From positions 284-64,283 of the forward strand of contig CAYGPI010000001.1 of assembly GCA_964351745.1 (NCBI GenBank): a stretch of DNA of 64,000 nucleotides, written 5' to 3'. The position numbers and the translations under genes are program-made. The stretch is from an uncultured Francisellaceae bacterium (lineage in GTDB: Bacteria > Pseudomonadota > Gammaproteobacteria > Berkiellales > Berkiellaceae). Within the stretch, counting starts at the first letter, position 1. Every line of letters begins with the position of its first letter. The notes beneath the pieces were generated by a model. That model was not told the DNA's origin. It did no database searches and saw only the letters and a list, made by a program, of their open reading frames with translations. This document shows, piece by piece, positions 37,890 through 48,008 of this stretch.

Positions 37890-38498
37890 TTAGAAATCTT
37901 GTAGTTCAATGCCAAAACTTTGTAGCAAAGCCATCGCATCAGGCATGGAAAACTTAGCTTTTGAAATGTTGTTTTCAAGAGGATTGATTTGATAATGAAT
38001 GGCTTCACTAAAATCTGACTTTTGCAGATTGGTATGTTGGAACATGCTATTTTCAAAATCAGTGAGTATTAAGCTGGAGCTAGATAAGTTGGCTCCCCTA
38101 AAATCAACATCATGAGCTTTACAGTCTTCGATAATAATTTCTGAAAGCTCTAGCTCATAAAAGCTTGAGTAACTAATATTTGATTTATAGAACTCAATAG
38201 GGCTAGCTAAGTTGATTTGTGGCCATTGTGCTTGAGTCCAATTGATCCCCATGAGTTTGCAAGACTCAAAAGATGCACCTCTAAAAGCACTATACTTTAG
38301 GTTAAGAGCACTTAGGTTGCAAAGTTTGAACTCGCAGTCGGTAAAAATACAACGTGAAAAAATAGCTTCATGAAAATTGATTTTTTCGAACTGACAATTT
38401 TCAAAAATCTTACCATGCCATTCAACCTTCTCTAAATTAAGATCACTAAACTTAGTGTCAAAAAATTCTACTTCTTTAAAGAGGAGATTGTCACTCAT
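37890..38498 (-). CDS. Pentapeptide repeat protein (Qnr/McbG-like size and layout)
   Basis: 202 aa from the ATG at 38496-38498. Nearly the whole protein is A(D/N)LXX-type pentapeptide repeats, in two blocks separated by a break around WTQAQWPQINLASP. The C-terminal AMALLQSFGIEL resembles the Qnr C-terminus. Confidence 0.85.
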   Translation of the reverse strand: MSDNLLFKEVEFFDTKFSDLNLEKVEWHGKIFENCQFEKINFHEAIFSRCIFTDCEFKLCNLSALNLKYSAFRGASFESCKLMGINWTQAQWPQINLASPIEFYKSNISYSSFYELELSEIIIEDCKAHDVDFRGANLSSSSLILTDFENSMFQHTNLQKSDFSEAIHYQINPLENNISKAKFSMPDAMALLQSFGIELQDF

Positions 38499-38597
38499 GT
38501 TAAAACCTTTGTTGACAGTTGGGGGATGGTTCGATCTAGGTATCAATATAGAGTAGGTATGAAAATGAAAATTTTACTTAAAAGGGAGCATCATCAT

Positions 38598-38622
38598 CAA
38601 AGCCAAGCTGAGCTTGGCTTTG
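38598..38622 (-). terminator. Hairpin downstream of mip
   Basis: 10-bp stem CAAAGCCAAG / CTTGGCTTTG with a 5-nt loop, 21 nt after the mip stop. The U-tract is poor. Confidence 0.4.
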
Positions 38623-38642
38623 ACAAAAAATGGGCTGGAGGA

Positions 38643-39350
38643 TTAACCTTCAGCACTCAGCACATCAAGCAACTCAATTTCGAAAACAAGCGTTGCATTT
38701 GGTCCAATGACATTGCCAACGCCATTTTCGCCATAAGCTAACGTTGAAGGGATCCAAAGCTCCCACTTAGCACCAGGCTTCATGAGTTGTAAGGCCTCAG
38801 TCCAACCAGGGATCACACCATTGACTGCAAATTGCATTGGCTCGCCACGGGCATAAGAGCTATCAAATTCTGTGCCGTCAATCAAAGTGCCACGGTAATG
38901 AGTAGATACTCTATCATCGGCTTTTGGAGGTGTACCTTCGCCTTGTTTAATCACTCTGTACTGTAAGCCAGATTCTGTGACCTTCACTTCATTGCGAGTT
39001 TTATTTTGTGCTAAAAAGGCATTACCTTGTTTTAAATTTTTTTCAGCCAAGTTTTTACGCTCCTCATTTTGTTGCTCTAATATTTTTTTCTGTAGCGCAA
39101 GGAGTGTATCTTTAATTTGTGCTTCTGTCATGAGTAGATCGGAGCCTTGTTGGCCATGCTCGATCCCCTTAAGGAAACTTTTTTGATCAATGGTGACACT
39201 TTGATTTTTAAAGTGCTTGCCAATATCAACACCAATACTGTAACTAATTTTATCATTTTCAGTAGGTAATGCGTCAGCTGCAAAACTCGACGTTGTTAAA
39301 GCTGCAAAAATGAGAGGGCTTGATAATAATAACAGTTTTTTCATGGCCAT
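38643..39350 (-). CDS. mip: Macrophage infectivity potentiator-type FKBP peptidyl-prolyl isomerase
   Basis: Signal peptide, long dimerisation helix, and a C-terminal FKBP domain ([15 protein letters not shown]...[17 protein letters not shown]...PS.LAYG). Clear similarity to Legionella pneumophila Mip recalled from memory. Start set to the ATG at 39348-39350 (AAGGGG RBS), which removes the apparent overlap with the upstream gene. Confidence 0.9.
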   Translation of the reverse strand: MAMKKLLLLSSPLIFAALTTSSFAADALPTENDKISYSIGVDIGKHFKNQSVTIDQKSFLKGIEHGQQGSDLLMTEAQIKDTLLALQKKILEQQNEERKNLAEKNLKQGNAFLAQNKTRNEVKVTESGLQYRVIKQGEGTPPKADDRVSTHYRGTLIDGTEFDSSYARGEPMQFAVNGVIPGWTEALQLMKPGAKWELWIPSTLAYGENGVGNVIGPNATLVFEIELLDVLSAEG

Positions 39351-39384
39351 AGGCCCCTTGTGTGAATAGTGAGTCCACACTATA

Positions 39385-40200
39385 TCAAAATTCCATCTGT
39401 CCGCCCATAAGCCATCCGCCATTCATAGGTTGAAAAGATAACTTGTACTTGACTGGCGAGATTAGTTTTTGATCAGACTTCATAATGGCTTGTGAAGCCA
39501 TAAAAGCTAGCCCCCATCCCAATGCTGCTTGAGAGAAATAGTGTTTATCAGTATTGACTCTAGAGAGGGCCGGTAGCGTTGATAAGGTATAGAATATCGT
39601 CTTCGCTTGCCAGCTATCGCTAGTCGCTGCGGCGCTGATAAGGGGAACAGCGCCATAAAAGGCGTGTCCACTAACACCTCGATTGCCCTTAAAAAAGCCC
39701 CAGTTTGAACGCCCAAAGCGTGGTCGGTGAGCGCCTAAAGCTTCTGTTAGCAGTGCTTGCTGCGGGGCTGCTAATATTAAAATTCTTAGCGAATGCTCTC
39801 CCCATTTGCCTAGTGGGCGTGTCCATTGAGCATCTAATGTTTGATTTAAGGCTATGGCAGCAAGGTAAGTAGGGATGACAACCCTAATCTGTCTTAATTG
39901 AGTAAAGCTATCAACACTATCTGCTATTTTATTAGTTCGGTGACTTCTAATATGGCGTTGCCAGTATTGGTTAGTATTTTCATCCAAAGCAGTATTTGCA
40001 AAAATGCCAGCAGCCCCAATAGCAAAACCTAAATGGGACAGGCCTTGAAAGGAGTAATATTCTTTATAATCTTGCTTGATCGCGCACCAAAAATCAGCCC
40101 TCCAAATAACTTTGTTGCTGGCTTTTGCGAAGACATGGCAATTTAAACTTAAAGACAATAAGCTTAGGGCCAAGAACTGTAGAGGTTTAACTTTTATCAC
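39385..40200 (-). CDS. PAP2-superfamily-like membrane/periplasmic protein
   Basis: Signal peptide. Motif-like blocks LGAHRPRF (C1 ..RP), VSGHA (C2 SGH) and [12 protein letters not shown] (C3 SRx5Hx3, with Q where D is expected). Confidence 0.55.
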   Translation of the reverse strand: MIKVKPLQFLALSLLSLSLNCHVFAKASNKVIWRADFWCAIKQDYKEYYSFQGLSHLGFAIGAAGIFANTALDENTNQYWQRHIRSHRTNKIADSVDSFTQLRQIRVVIPTYLAAIALNQTLDAQWTRPLGKWGEHSLRILILAAPQQALLTEALGAHRPRFGRSNWGFFKGNRGVSGHAFYGAVPLISAAATSDSWQAKTIFYTLSTLPALSRVNTDKHYFSQAALGWGLAFMASQAIMKSDQKLISPVKYKLSFQPMNGGWLMGGQMEF

Positions 40201-40307
40201 GGGTCTTGCGGGTTGTCATAACATCAGGCGAAAGTGTATAACATCTTTAGTTTAAAGCCTAAAAATGACTCAGAAAGGCAAGTTAGCCACGGGAATAGTG
40301 ATTAAAC

Positions 40308-41579
40308 ATGTATGAGAAATTAAAATTTTTATTAAGCAAACGGATGCTCGTTGTTTTAGCTTTGGGTTTTGCTTCAGGATTGCCTTTGGGACTAACAGGG
40401 GGCGCTTTACAAGCTTGGTATACCGTTGACGGTGTGGATATCGTGACGATTGGCTTTTTAGGGTTAGTCGGTCAGCCATATGTCTATAAGTTTTTTTGGG
40501 CACCACTGATGGATCGCTACGCACCGAAAGATAGGCGCAGAAAAGGGTGGATTATCATATGCCAAATCGCGTTAATCGCGACCTTATTCGTCATGGCTTC
40601 GTTTTCTCCTAAAGAAGCACCAGTGCTGTTAGGTTTGATTGCTTTAAGTTTTGCATTTTTATCCGCTTCCCAAGATATAGCTATCGATGCTTATCGAACA
40701 GAAATATTAAAGGCAAAAGAGCTAGGTCTAGGAGCCGCGATGTTTGTTGGCGGCTATCGTGTCGCGATGTTAGTGTCGGGAGGTTTGGCTCTGGTCTTAG
40801 CGAACTATATTGGTTTTCAAATGACTTATATGCTGATGGCCGCTTTTTTTGGTGTGACGTTAATGATCACCATTTTTGCTGATGAGCCCGAGAGTGAGCC
40901 AAGGCCGCCTATTAATATTGTACAAGCTTGTATTAAACCTTTTGAAGAATTTCTTTCTCGAAAAAATGCTTTAGGCCTATTGGCTTTAGTCGTCTTATAT
41001 AAATTAGGGGATGCTTTCGCAGGGACATTAACGACGGCTTTCTTGCTGCGAGGAGTTGGCTTTGATTTACTTGATGTTGGGCTGATTAATAAAACAGTCG
41101 GCTTAGGGGCAACTTTAGTTGGAGTCTTTCTAGGGGGCATGATGATGACCCGGATCGGGTTATATCGATCTTTGCTCTGGTTCGGATTTATTGAGGGGAT
41201 TACAAACCTTGCTTATTTGCTTCTAACTTTGGTGGGGAGCAATTACCCGCTCATGTGCGCTAGTATTTTTCTTGAGAACTTGGGCGGCGGACTGGGTACA
41301 GCCGCTTTCTTAGCTTTTATTATGAGTCTGTGCCACTCCAAATATACCGCAACTCAATTCGCCTTGCTTAGTGCTTTAAGCGCTATTGGGCGAGTTTTTG
41401 TCGGGCCAGCTGCTGGTGTCTTGGTAGATAAATTTGGTTGGACAGAGTTTTTCTTATGGAGCCTACTTATTTCTATTCCTGGGATCGTCTTGTTGGTTGC
41501 GCTTAAATCAACCATTGTGAAATCTGAACAAGATAGTGCTCAAGAGAAGCAAGACTTGGAGGGAGTGAAGCCTGTATAA
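40308..41579 (+). CDS. ampG: AmpG-family muropeptide MFS permease
   Basis: 423 aa. The N-terminus LGFASGLPLGLTGGALQAWYT..GVDI..IG and the PLMDRY block are typical of AmpG. Confidence 0.88.
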   Translation: MYEKLKFLLSKRMLVVLALGFASGLPLGLTGGALQAWYTVDGVDIVTIGFLGLVGQPYVYKFFWAPLMDRYAPKDRRRKGWIIICQIALIATLFVMASFSPKEAPVLLGLIALSFAFLSASQDIAIDAYRTEILKAKELGLGAAMFVGGYRVAMLVSGGLALVLANYIGFQMTYMLMAAFFGVTLMITIFADEPESEPRPPINIVQACIKPFEEFLSRKNALGLLALVVLYKLGDAFAGTLTTAFLLRGVGFDLLDVGLINKTVGLGATLVGVFLGGMMMTRIGLYRSLLWFGFIEGITNLAYLLLTLVGSNYPLMCASIFLENLGGGLGTAAFLAFIMSLCHSKYTATQFALLSALSAIGRVFVGPAAGVLVDKFGWTEFFLWSLLISIPGIVLLVALKSTIVKSEQDSAQEKQDLEGVKPV

Positions 41580-41595
41580 ACATGACAAGAGCTTA

Positions 41596-41985
41596 TCATG
41601 CTCCTTTTCGTGCTTTAGCGCTTGCTCCTGCATCTACTGTGAGCTCATCCTCATGTTGAGGAAGAAGCTTCATTAATTCAAGACGGCATTGCTTTAAAAA
41701 ATTGATTGGTGGTTGGGCAGGGAAGGCATAGAGATCTTTAGCTTGTATAACACATAGAGTGCCAATCGCCGTTTGTATTAATTCCAGGTTATTCTTGTAT
41801 TTTTCACCCAGAGCTACTTTCAAGTCTTCTCGCATGACGACAGCATTTCTTACATCGCGAAGTAGCTCGACAAGCTCTTTGATGTTAAGAAGGAAGTCAG
41901 GATTTGAGCTGTGTCTAGTGATGTATCGAGTGATATCTTTAGTTAACTTATCACCTGCTTGGTGTAACATAAAATTTAAAGGCAT
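41596..41985 (-). CDS. Hypothetical protein (129 aa, helical)
   Basis: Intact ORF downstream of fumC on the same strand. No motif recognised. Confidence 0.4.
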   Translation of the reverse strand: MPLNFMLHQAGDKLTKDITRYITRHSSNPDFLLNIKELVELLRDVRNAVVMREDLKVALGEKYKNNLELIQTAIGTLCVIQAKDLYAFPAQPPINFLKQCRLELMKLLPQHEDELTVDAGASAKARKGA

Positions 41986-42007
41986 AAAAAGTGATCTAAA
42001 ATGAAGG

Positions 42008-42036
42008 TAGGTTACAGTTGAGAGTACTGTAACCTA
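42008..42036 (-). terminator. Hairpin terminator after fumC
   Basis: 11-bp perfect stem TAGGTTACAGT / ACTGTAACCTA with a 7-nt loop, 15 nt after the fumC stop. A T-rich segment follows on the minus strand. Confidence 0.55.
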
Positions 42037-42050
42037 GACAGGTCAGACAA

Positions 42051-43430
42051 CTACTTTGGTATACCACCTTTTGTTAGTTGTGCTGGATCAAGGAGACGAT
42101 CCAAATCCTTCTCAGAAAGATCTGTCATGTCTTCCGTCACTTCACGCACCGACTTACCATTGGCATAAGCTGCTTTGGCAATGGCGGCGCCTTTTTCATA
42201 ACCAATCACTGTGTTGAGCGCTGTGACTAGGATAGGATTACGATCTAAAGCATTTTTGAGGTTATCTTCATTAACCGTAAACCCATCTATGGCATTATCA
42301 GCAAGTGATAATGCTGCATTGCTTAAGATGTCAATGCTTTGAAGTAAGTTATAAGCTATGACAGGTAACATCACATTGAGCTGAAAGTTACCTGATTGAG
42401 CCGCCACAGTGATCGTTGAATCATTACCGATGACTTGAGCCGCCACCATAGCCACCGCTTCAGGGATAACAGGGTTGACTTTGCCTGGCATGATGCTGCT
42501 TCCAGGTTGCAGAGCCGGTAAAGCAATTTCCCCAATCCCTGCTAGCGGACCTGAGTTCATCCAGCGCAAATCATTCGCGATTTTCATCATGGAGCAGGCC
42601 ACTGTTTTAAGCTGGCCTGATAATTCACAAGCAGCGTCTTGGCTGCTTAAGCTTTCAAAATAATTACTGCTGATTGTAAATGGAATTTTAGTTTCTTTAG
42701 CAAGCAACGTTGCGACAGTTTTTCCAAAGCGCTCTGGTGCATTGATACCTGTACCCACAGCTGTGCCGCCAATGGCTAACGCATGAATACGCTCTAGTGC
42801 AGACTCGATTCTAGCTATTCCATTTTTAATCTGGGCAGACCATCCTCCAATTTCTTGTCCGAGCGTTACAGGCATAGCATCCATCAGATGTGTGCGCCCT
42901 GTTTTGACAACATCTTTGAGTGCCTCTGCTTTTTTATCTAAGGCGTCAGATAGGTGCTTTAGCGCTGGGAGCAGTTGTTGGTGTGCGCCAAGGGCACAAC
43001 TGACGTGGATCGCAGTTGGAATAATATCATTACTGCTTTGCCCCATATTGACATGATCATTAGGGTGGATCTCTTTTTTTGAAGAGAGACTTGCAAGTCT
43101 TGCTATCACTTCGTTCGTATTCATGTTTGTGCTGGTGCCAGAGCCAGTTTGAAACACATCAATAGGGAAGTGGGTATCATGCTGGCCAAGAGCCACTTCT
43201 TGCGCAGCGGTTACAATGGCCTGAGTTGTGTCAGCGTCTAAAAGTTTTAATTTTTTGTTAGCGCTAGCACAGGCAGACTTAATATAGCCCATCGCTTGAA
43301 TAAAACCGCGCGGCATGGTGAGGCCACTGATTGGAAAATTATTGACAGCTCGTTGGGTTTGGGCGCCATAGAGGGCCTCTTCGGGCACCTCTAATTCACC
43401 CATGCTGTCTTTGACAACCCTTACATTCAT
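42051..43430 (-). CDS. fumC: Class II fumarate hydratase
   Basis: 459 aa. GSSIMPGKVNP signature and full-length FumC-like sequence. Confidence 0.95.
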   Translation of the reverse strand: MNVRVVKDSMGELEVPEEALYGAQTQRAVNNFPISGLTMPRGFIQAMGYIKSACASANKKLKLLDADTTQAIVTAAQEVALGQHDTHFPIDVFQTGSGTSTNMNTNEVIARLASLSSKKEIHPNDHVNMGQSSNDIIPTAIHVSCALGAHQQLLPALKHLSDALDKKAEALKDVVKTGRTHLMDAMPVTLGQEIGGWSAQIKNGIARIESALERIHALAIGGTAVGTGINAPERFGKTVATLLAKETKIPFTISSNYFESLSSQDAACELSGQLKTVACSMMKIANDLRWMNSGPLAGIGEIALPALQPGSSIMPGKVNPVIPEAVAMVAAQVIGNDSTITVAAQSGNFQLNVMLPVIAYNLLQSIDILSNAALSLADNAIDGFTVNEDNLKNALDRNPILVTALNTVIGYEKGAAIAKAAYANGKSVREVTEDMTDLSEKDLDRLLDPAQLTKGGIPK

Positions 43431-43448
43431 GGCAACTTCCTTCTTATA

Positions 43449-46154
43449 TTAGTGTTTGGCTAAATTTCTTAAAACATAATGTAAGATGCCGCCATTTTTA
43501 AAATACTCAAGCTCTTTAGGGGTATCTATTCTAATTTTTGCCTCGAAAGTCTTCGACTTGCCGGTTTCATCTGTGGCCGTTACCGTGAGCATGGCCCCAG
43601 GTTTGGCTTGTGAGGTGAGGATATCAAAGCTTTCATGACCAGTTAAACCTAAGGTATCAGCTGAGTCACCATCTTTATATTGTAAAGGAAGCACGCCCAT
43701 GCCGATGAGGTTTGAGCGATGGATACGCTCATAACTTTCAGCAATCACAGCTTTGATTCCTAAAAGAGCAGGGCCTTTAGCTGCCCAGTCTCTTGAAGAG
43801 CCAGTTCCATATTCTTTGCCTGCTAAAACCACTAAAGCTGTGTTGTTATCTTTATATTTGGTAGATGCATCATAGATAGACATTTTCTCACCACTAGGCT
43901 GAAAGCAAGTCCAACAGCCTTCAGTGCCAGGTGCTAACTGATTACGCATTCGAACATTAGCAAAGGTACCACGCATCATAACTTCGTGGTTGCCTCGCCT
44001 TGAGCCATAAGAATTGAATGCTCTAGGTGAAATGCCTTTTTCTTGGAGATATTGACCAGCAGGTGAATCAGGTGAGATTGCACCAGCTGGAGAAATATGA
44101 TCGGTTGTTACTGAGTCTCCCACCTTTACTAAAACTCTAGCACCTTTTAAGTCTTTCAAAGGCGCTGGGGTCGCTTCAATGCCTTCAAAGAAAGGCGGGT
44201 GCTTGACATACGTAGATTCAGGCGCCCACTCATAGAGCTCAGAATCAGGCACTTTTAAAGCGCGCCAGTCTTCATCACCTTCAAAAACTGATTTGTAACT
44301 TTGAATAAACATATCGGGCGACACATCATCTTGGACGCTTTGATTAATTTGTTGCAAGCTTGGCCAAATATCTTTGAGGTAAACGTCTTTGCCGTCTTTC
44401 CCTTGACCTAAAGGCTCTGTCGTCAGATCTTTGTCCATCGTACCAGCAAGGGCATAAGCCACAACTAAAGGCGGGGATGCTAGGTAGGCGTTTCGTACCT
44501 CTGGGTGCACGCGGCCTTCAAAGTTACGATTACCAGAAAGCACAGCCGAGACAGCAAGGTTACCTTGATGGATGGCTTTACTGACAGCAACCGGCAAAGG
44601 ACCAGAGTTACCAATACATGTGGTGCAGCCAAAGCCTACAAGATTAAAGCCTAGTCTATCGAGGTCGCCGACAACATCAGCTTTCTTTAGATAGTCCATC
44701 ACGACTTGTGAACCGGGAGCTAAGCTTGTTTTGACCCAAGGTTTTGTTTTTAAGCCTTTAGCATTAGCATTTTTGGCAAGAAGGCCTGCTGCTAGCATGA
44801 CTGCGGGATTAGATGTGTTTGTACAGCTCGTGATGGCCGCAATCACAACGGCACCATGATGAAGTATCTCTTCATCACCGTTATTTTTAAAGGAGGCATC
44901 ACCTTCAATGATATGGGCACCTTCATTGATAGCGCCATCATCGGTTTCTCGAGAGCCTCTTTCAGCCATGATTTCTTTCATGGTGGTTTTAAAAGCTGAT
45001 TTTGCATCGGTTAAGTTAATTCTATCTTGTGGACGTTTAGGGCCAGCGATGCATGAAACAACGGTATTGAGATCTAAAGATAAGACATCTGTGTAAGTCG
45101 CTGGTTTTTGACCTTTCTCTCTAAATAAACCTTGTGCCTTATAATAATTTTCAACGAGCTCAACTTGCTCTTGAGTACGGCCGGTGAGTTTTAAATAAGT
45201 AAGCACTTCTTGATCAATAGGGAAGATGCCACAGGTTGCGCCGTATTCTGGTGCCATGTTAGCAATCGTTGCTCTATCAGCGAGAGGCATATGATCTAAG
45301 CCATCTCCAAAAAATTCTACAAATTTTCCAACAACGCCTTTTTTGCGTAACATTTCTACGACTATTAAAACTAAATCTGTCGCGGTAGAGCCTTCCTTGA
45401 GCTGGCCTTTTAATTCAAAGCCGATGACTTGTGGTATAAGCATTGTGATCGGCTGGCCGAGCATCGCAGCTTCAGCTTCTATCCCACCGACGCCCCAGCC
45501 TAAGACGCCTAAGCCATTAATCATAGTTGTATGAGAATCAGTACCAACCAAAGTGTCGGGGTAAGCGACGCCATCTTCATTTTTAAAGGTGACTCTAGCT
45601 AAGTACTCAAGGTTGACTTGATGAACAATACCCGTGCCAGGAGGGACGACTTTAAAGTTTTCAAACGCTTTTTGGCCCCAACGTAGGAAAGCATAGCGCT
45701 CTTCATTGCGCGAAAATTCCATTTGAGTATTTTGTGAAAAAGAATCGGCCTGTCCAAAGTGATCAACCATGACTGAGTGATCGATAACAAGCTCAACAGG
45801 AGACAGAGGGTTAATCTTGTTGGGATCCCCTTTTAAGCTAGCCATGGCCTCGCGCATAGCTGCTAAATCAACAATGGCAGGCACGCCTGTAAAATCTTGC
45901 AGTATGACCCGGCTGGGCGTGAAAGCTATTTCTTGTGAAGGAGGGCTTTTTGCGTCCCAATGAATCAGTGCATCGATGTCTTCTTTAGAAATCGCATCGC
46001 CATCTTCACATCTTAATAGGTTTTCTAACAGTATTTTTAGTGAGAATGGAAGCTTCTCAATGCTGGCTTGACTAGGTAATTTTTTCAGTGAATAGAAAGT
46101 ATGTGATTGGTTGCTTGCTGTAAAAGTATCCCGGCTTTTGTAACTATCTTGCAT
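43449..46154 (-). CDS. acnA: Aconitate hydratase A
   Basis: 901 aa. Cluster-binding Cys motifs ([20 protein letters not shown]) and AcnA/IRP-type domain order. Confidence 0.95.
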   Translation of the reverse strand: MQDSYKSRDTFTASNQSHTFYSLKKLPSQASIEKLPFSLKILLENLLRCEDGDAISKEDIDALIHWDAKSPPSQEIAFTPSRVILQDFTGVPAIVDLAAMREAMASLKGDPNKINPLSPVELVIDHSVMVDHFGQADSFSQNTQMEFSRNEERYAFLRWGQKAFENFKVVPPGTGIVHQVNLEYLARVTFKNEDGVAYPDTLVGTDSHTTMINGLGVLGWGVGGIEAEAAMLGQPITMLIPQVIGFELKGQLKEGSTATDLVLIVVEMLRKKGVVGKFVEFFGDGLDHMPLADRATIANMAPEYGATCGIFPIDQEVLTYLKLTGRTQEQVELVENYYKAQGLFREKGQKPATYTDVLSLDLNTVVSCIAGPKRPQDRINLTDAKSAFKTTMKEIMAERGSRETDDGAINEGAHIIEGDASFKNNGDEEILHHGAVVIAAITSCTNTSNPAVMLAAGLLAKNANAKGLKTKPWVKTSLAPGSQVVMDYLKKADVVGDLDRLGFNLVGFGCTTCIGNSGPLPVAVSKAIHQGNLAVSAVLSGNRNFEGRVHPEVRNAYLASPPLVVAYALAGTMDKDLTTEPLGQGKDGKDVYLKDIWPSLQQINQSVQDDVSPDMFIQSYKSVFEGDEDWRALKVPDSELYEWAPESTYVKHPPFFEGIEATPAPLKDLKGARVLVKVGDSVTTDHISPAGAISPDSPAGQYLQEKGISPRAFNSYGSRRGNHEVMMRGTFANVRMRNQLAPGTEGCWTCFQPSGEKMSIYDASTKYKDNNTALVVLAGKEYGTGSSRDWAAKGPALLGIKAVIAESYERIHRSNLIGMGVLPLQYKDGDSADTLGLTGHESFDILTSQAKPGAMLTVTATDETGKSKTFEAKIRIDTPKELEYFKNGGILHYVLRNLAKH

Positions 46155-46337
46155 GAACTTCTCCTTTAATTTCAGAGCTTTCTAGACTTTAGCCCATTTT
46201 TCATGAACTCAGTTTATTCCTTTTGAAAAAAAAATGCGAGGCCCTACAAGTACTTAAAATTTATTTGAGATTCTTAACTAATTTAGTTTGCCATTTACCA
46301 AAAAGGGATCCTACACTTTTAATAAGGGGGATATCCA

Positions 46338-46787
46338 ATGGAAGTTAACGAACAAATCGACTACCGCCACGTCAATCCTAGATGCAGTTGTTTCAACTTG
46401 CGCAGGGCAACACGTGCCGTGACTCAATACTACGATCATTGCTTGGAGCCAGCTGGCATCAGAGCAACCCAATTTACTTTGCTCGTATCTTTAGCATCGG
46501 TATCAGCCAGAACTTTAACAGAAATGGCTAATTCTCTTGTAATGGATCGAACAACTCTGACAAGGAATTTAAAACCTTTAGAGAAATTGGGATTCATTCA
46601 AACGATGGAAGCACGAGACAGGCGCTCCAAAGCCTACGGATTAACGGTCTTGGGCAAGGAAACTTTAAACAAAGGTTTACCTTTGTGGCAAGAAGCGCAA
46701 AGAAAGTTAGTCAATGGTTTTGGTGAAGAGCGTTTTGTTCATCTGTTGGCAGAATTGGATGCTGTCACAAAAATCATTAGCGAGTAA
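46338..46787 (+). CDS. MarR family transcriptional regulator
   Basis: 149 aa. Winged-helix region ([10 protein letters not shown]...[30 protein letters not shown]...D.R). Confidence 0.85.
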   Translation: MEVNEQIDYRHVNPRCSCFNLRRATRAVTQYYDHCLEPAGIRATQFTLLVSLASVSARTLTEMANSLVMDRTTLTRNLKPLEKLGFIQTMEARDRRSKAYGLTVLGKETLNKGLPLWQEAQRKLVNGFGEERFVHLLAELDAVTKIISE

Positions 46788-46816
46788 CTAATAAAATAAA
46801 AAAAGGGGCCAGGATT

Positions 46817-47830
46817 ATGTCTGATGTATGGGAATTGTTGCCTGAAGTTGATAAGCTAAAATCAATTTCTACTAAAAGTGAGCCATCAGCTAGTCATAGT
46901 GATGATGCCATAGCAAGAGACCTGACCGAAGAAAGTCCTGAGCTTGTGATTGAGGGGCCCGATCAAAGTTTAGAGCGGGTTGATCATAGAAAATCTTTAG
47001 ATGCGACCCAAATTTATCTTGGGGAGATAGGGTTTGCTCCCTTATTGACCGCAGAAGAAGAAGTTTATTATGCCCGAAAATCTTTAAAAGGAGATGAAGC
47101 CTCCAAAAAACGTATGATTGAAAGTAATTTGCGTTTGGTTGTCAAAATAGCTCGCCGCTATTTAAACCGAGGTCTTTCTTTATTAGATTTAATTGAGGAA
47201 GGAAATTTAGGACTTATTCGTGCGGTTGAAAAATTTGATCCAGAGAAAGGTTTTAGATTCTCTACATATGGCACTTGGTGGATCCGTCAAACCATAGAAA
47301 GGGGTTTGATGAATCAGACGCGAACCATCCGTTTGCCTATTCATATCGTCAAAGAGATGAACGTATATTTGCGCATAGGCCGAGAGCTTGCACAATCTTT
47401 AGATCATGAGCCTAACTTTGAAGAGATCGCAAATCAGGCAAACAAGAGCAAAGATGATGTTGAAAAAATCATGGGCTTAAATGAGCGTGTGGCATCTTTA
47501 GACACGCCCATTGGTGGAGAGTCAGAGAAATTTTTGATTGATATCATTGGTGATGATGAAACCGCCGATCCATTGACAGATTTGGAAGAGAATGATTTTC
47601 AAAGAGAGCTTAGTGATTGGCTATGTCAATTGTCAGACAAGCAATGTGCTGTTGTTGTCCGCCGTTTTGGCTTAAGAGGCCATGAACAGGCGACCCTTGA
47701 AGATGTTGGTAAAGACATTGGGTTAACCAGAGAGCGTGTCCGACAAATTCAAGTCGAAGCCTTAAATAAGCTTAAAGAAGTTTTAAAGGATAGAGGGTTA
47801 ACGCCTGAGATGCTTCTAGCTGCTTTTTAA
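46817..47830 (+). CDS. rpoS: RNA polymerase sigma factor RpoS
   Basis: 337 aa. Near-identical blocks to E. coli RpoS regions 1.2-2.4 ([102 protein letters not shown]). Confidence 0.9.
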   Translation: MSDVWELLPEVDKLKSISTKSEPSASHSDDAIARDLTEESPELVIEGPDQSLERVDHRKSLDATQIYLGEIGFAPLLTAEEEVYYARKSLKGDEASKKRMIESNLRLVVKIARRYLNRGLSLLDLIEEGNLGLIRAVEKFDPEKGFRFSTYGTWWIRQTIERGLMNQTRTIRLPIHIVKEMNVYLRIGRELAQSLDHEPNFEEIANQANKSKDDVEKIMGLNERVASLDTPIGGESEKFLIDIIGDDETADPLTDLEENDFQRELSDWLCQLSDKQCAVVVRRFGLRGHEQATLEDVGKDIGLTRERVRQIQVEALNKLKEVLKDRGLTPEMLLAAF

Positions 47831-48008
47831 GCAGTAGCTGTGTTGTTACCAGGTGGAGTAGTTTATTTTATCATCTGGGCTTTATACGGTTAGGAGAGTC
47901 TCAATATTCTTTTTTTAATCCAAGTGTATGCAAAATGTTAACACACGTTTTCAGCTCTTTGTAAAAATTTTTGCAATAAGATAAAGGTGGTTTTGAAGTG
48001 CTGAACTA

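Noticed and set aside
37772-38056. Track ORF 37772..38056 (-), overlapping the terminator and the pentapeptide gene in another frame
   Set aside because: It crosses a rho-independent terminator and overlaps a well-supported repeat-protein frame. Its product has no features.
38515-38545. GGTTCGATC, a tRNA T-loop-like string
   Set aside because: No acceptor stem, D-arm or anticodon arm can be drawn around it. It lies in the leader region of the pentapeptide gene.
39351-39422. Apparent overlap of the mip ORF with the upstream PAP2-like gene
   Set aside because: It is an artefact of using the first in-frame start. The ATG at 39348-39350 has an AAGGGG RBS and is followed at once by a signal peptide ([18 protein letters not shown]).
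47831-48008. Possible small RNA (Rsm-like GGA motifs) between rpoS and tamB
   Set aside because: There are only three scattered GGA motifs, no convincing stem-loops presenting them, and no clear promoter or terminator.
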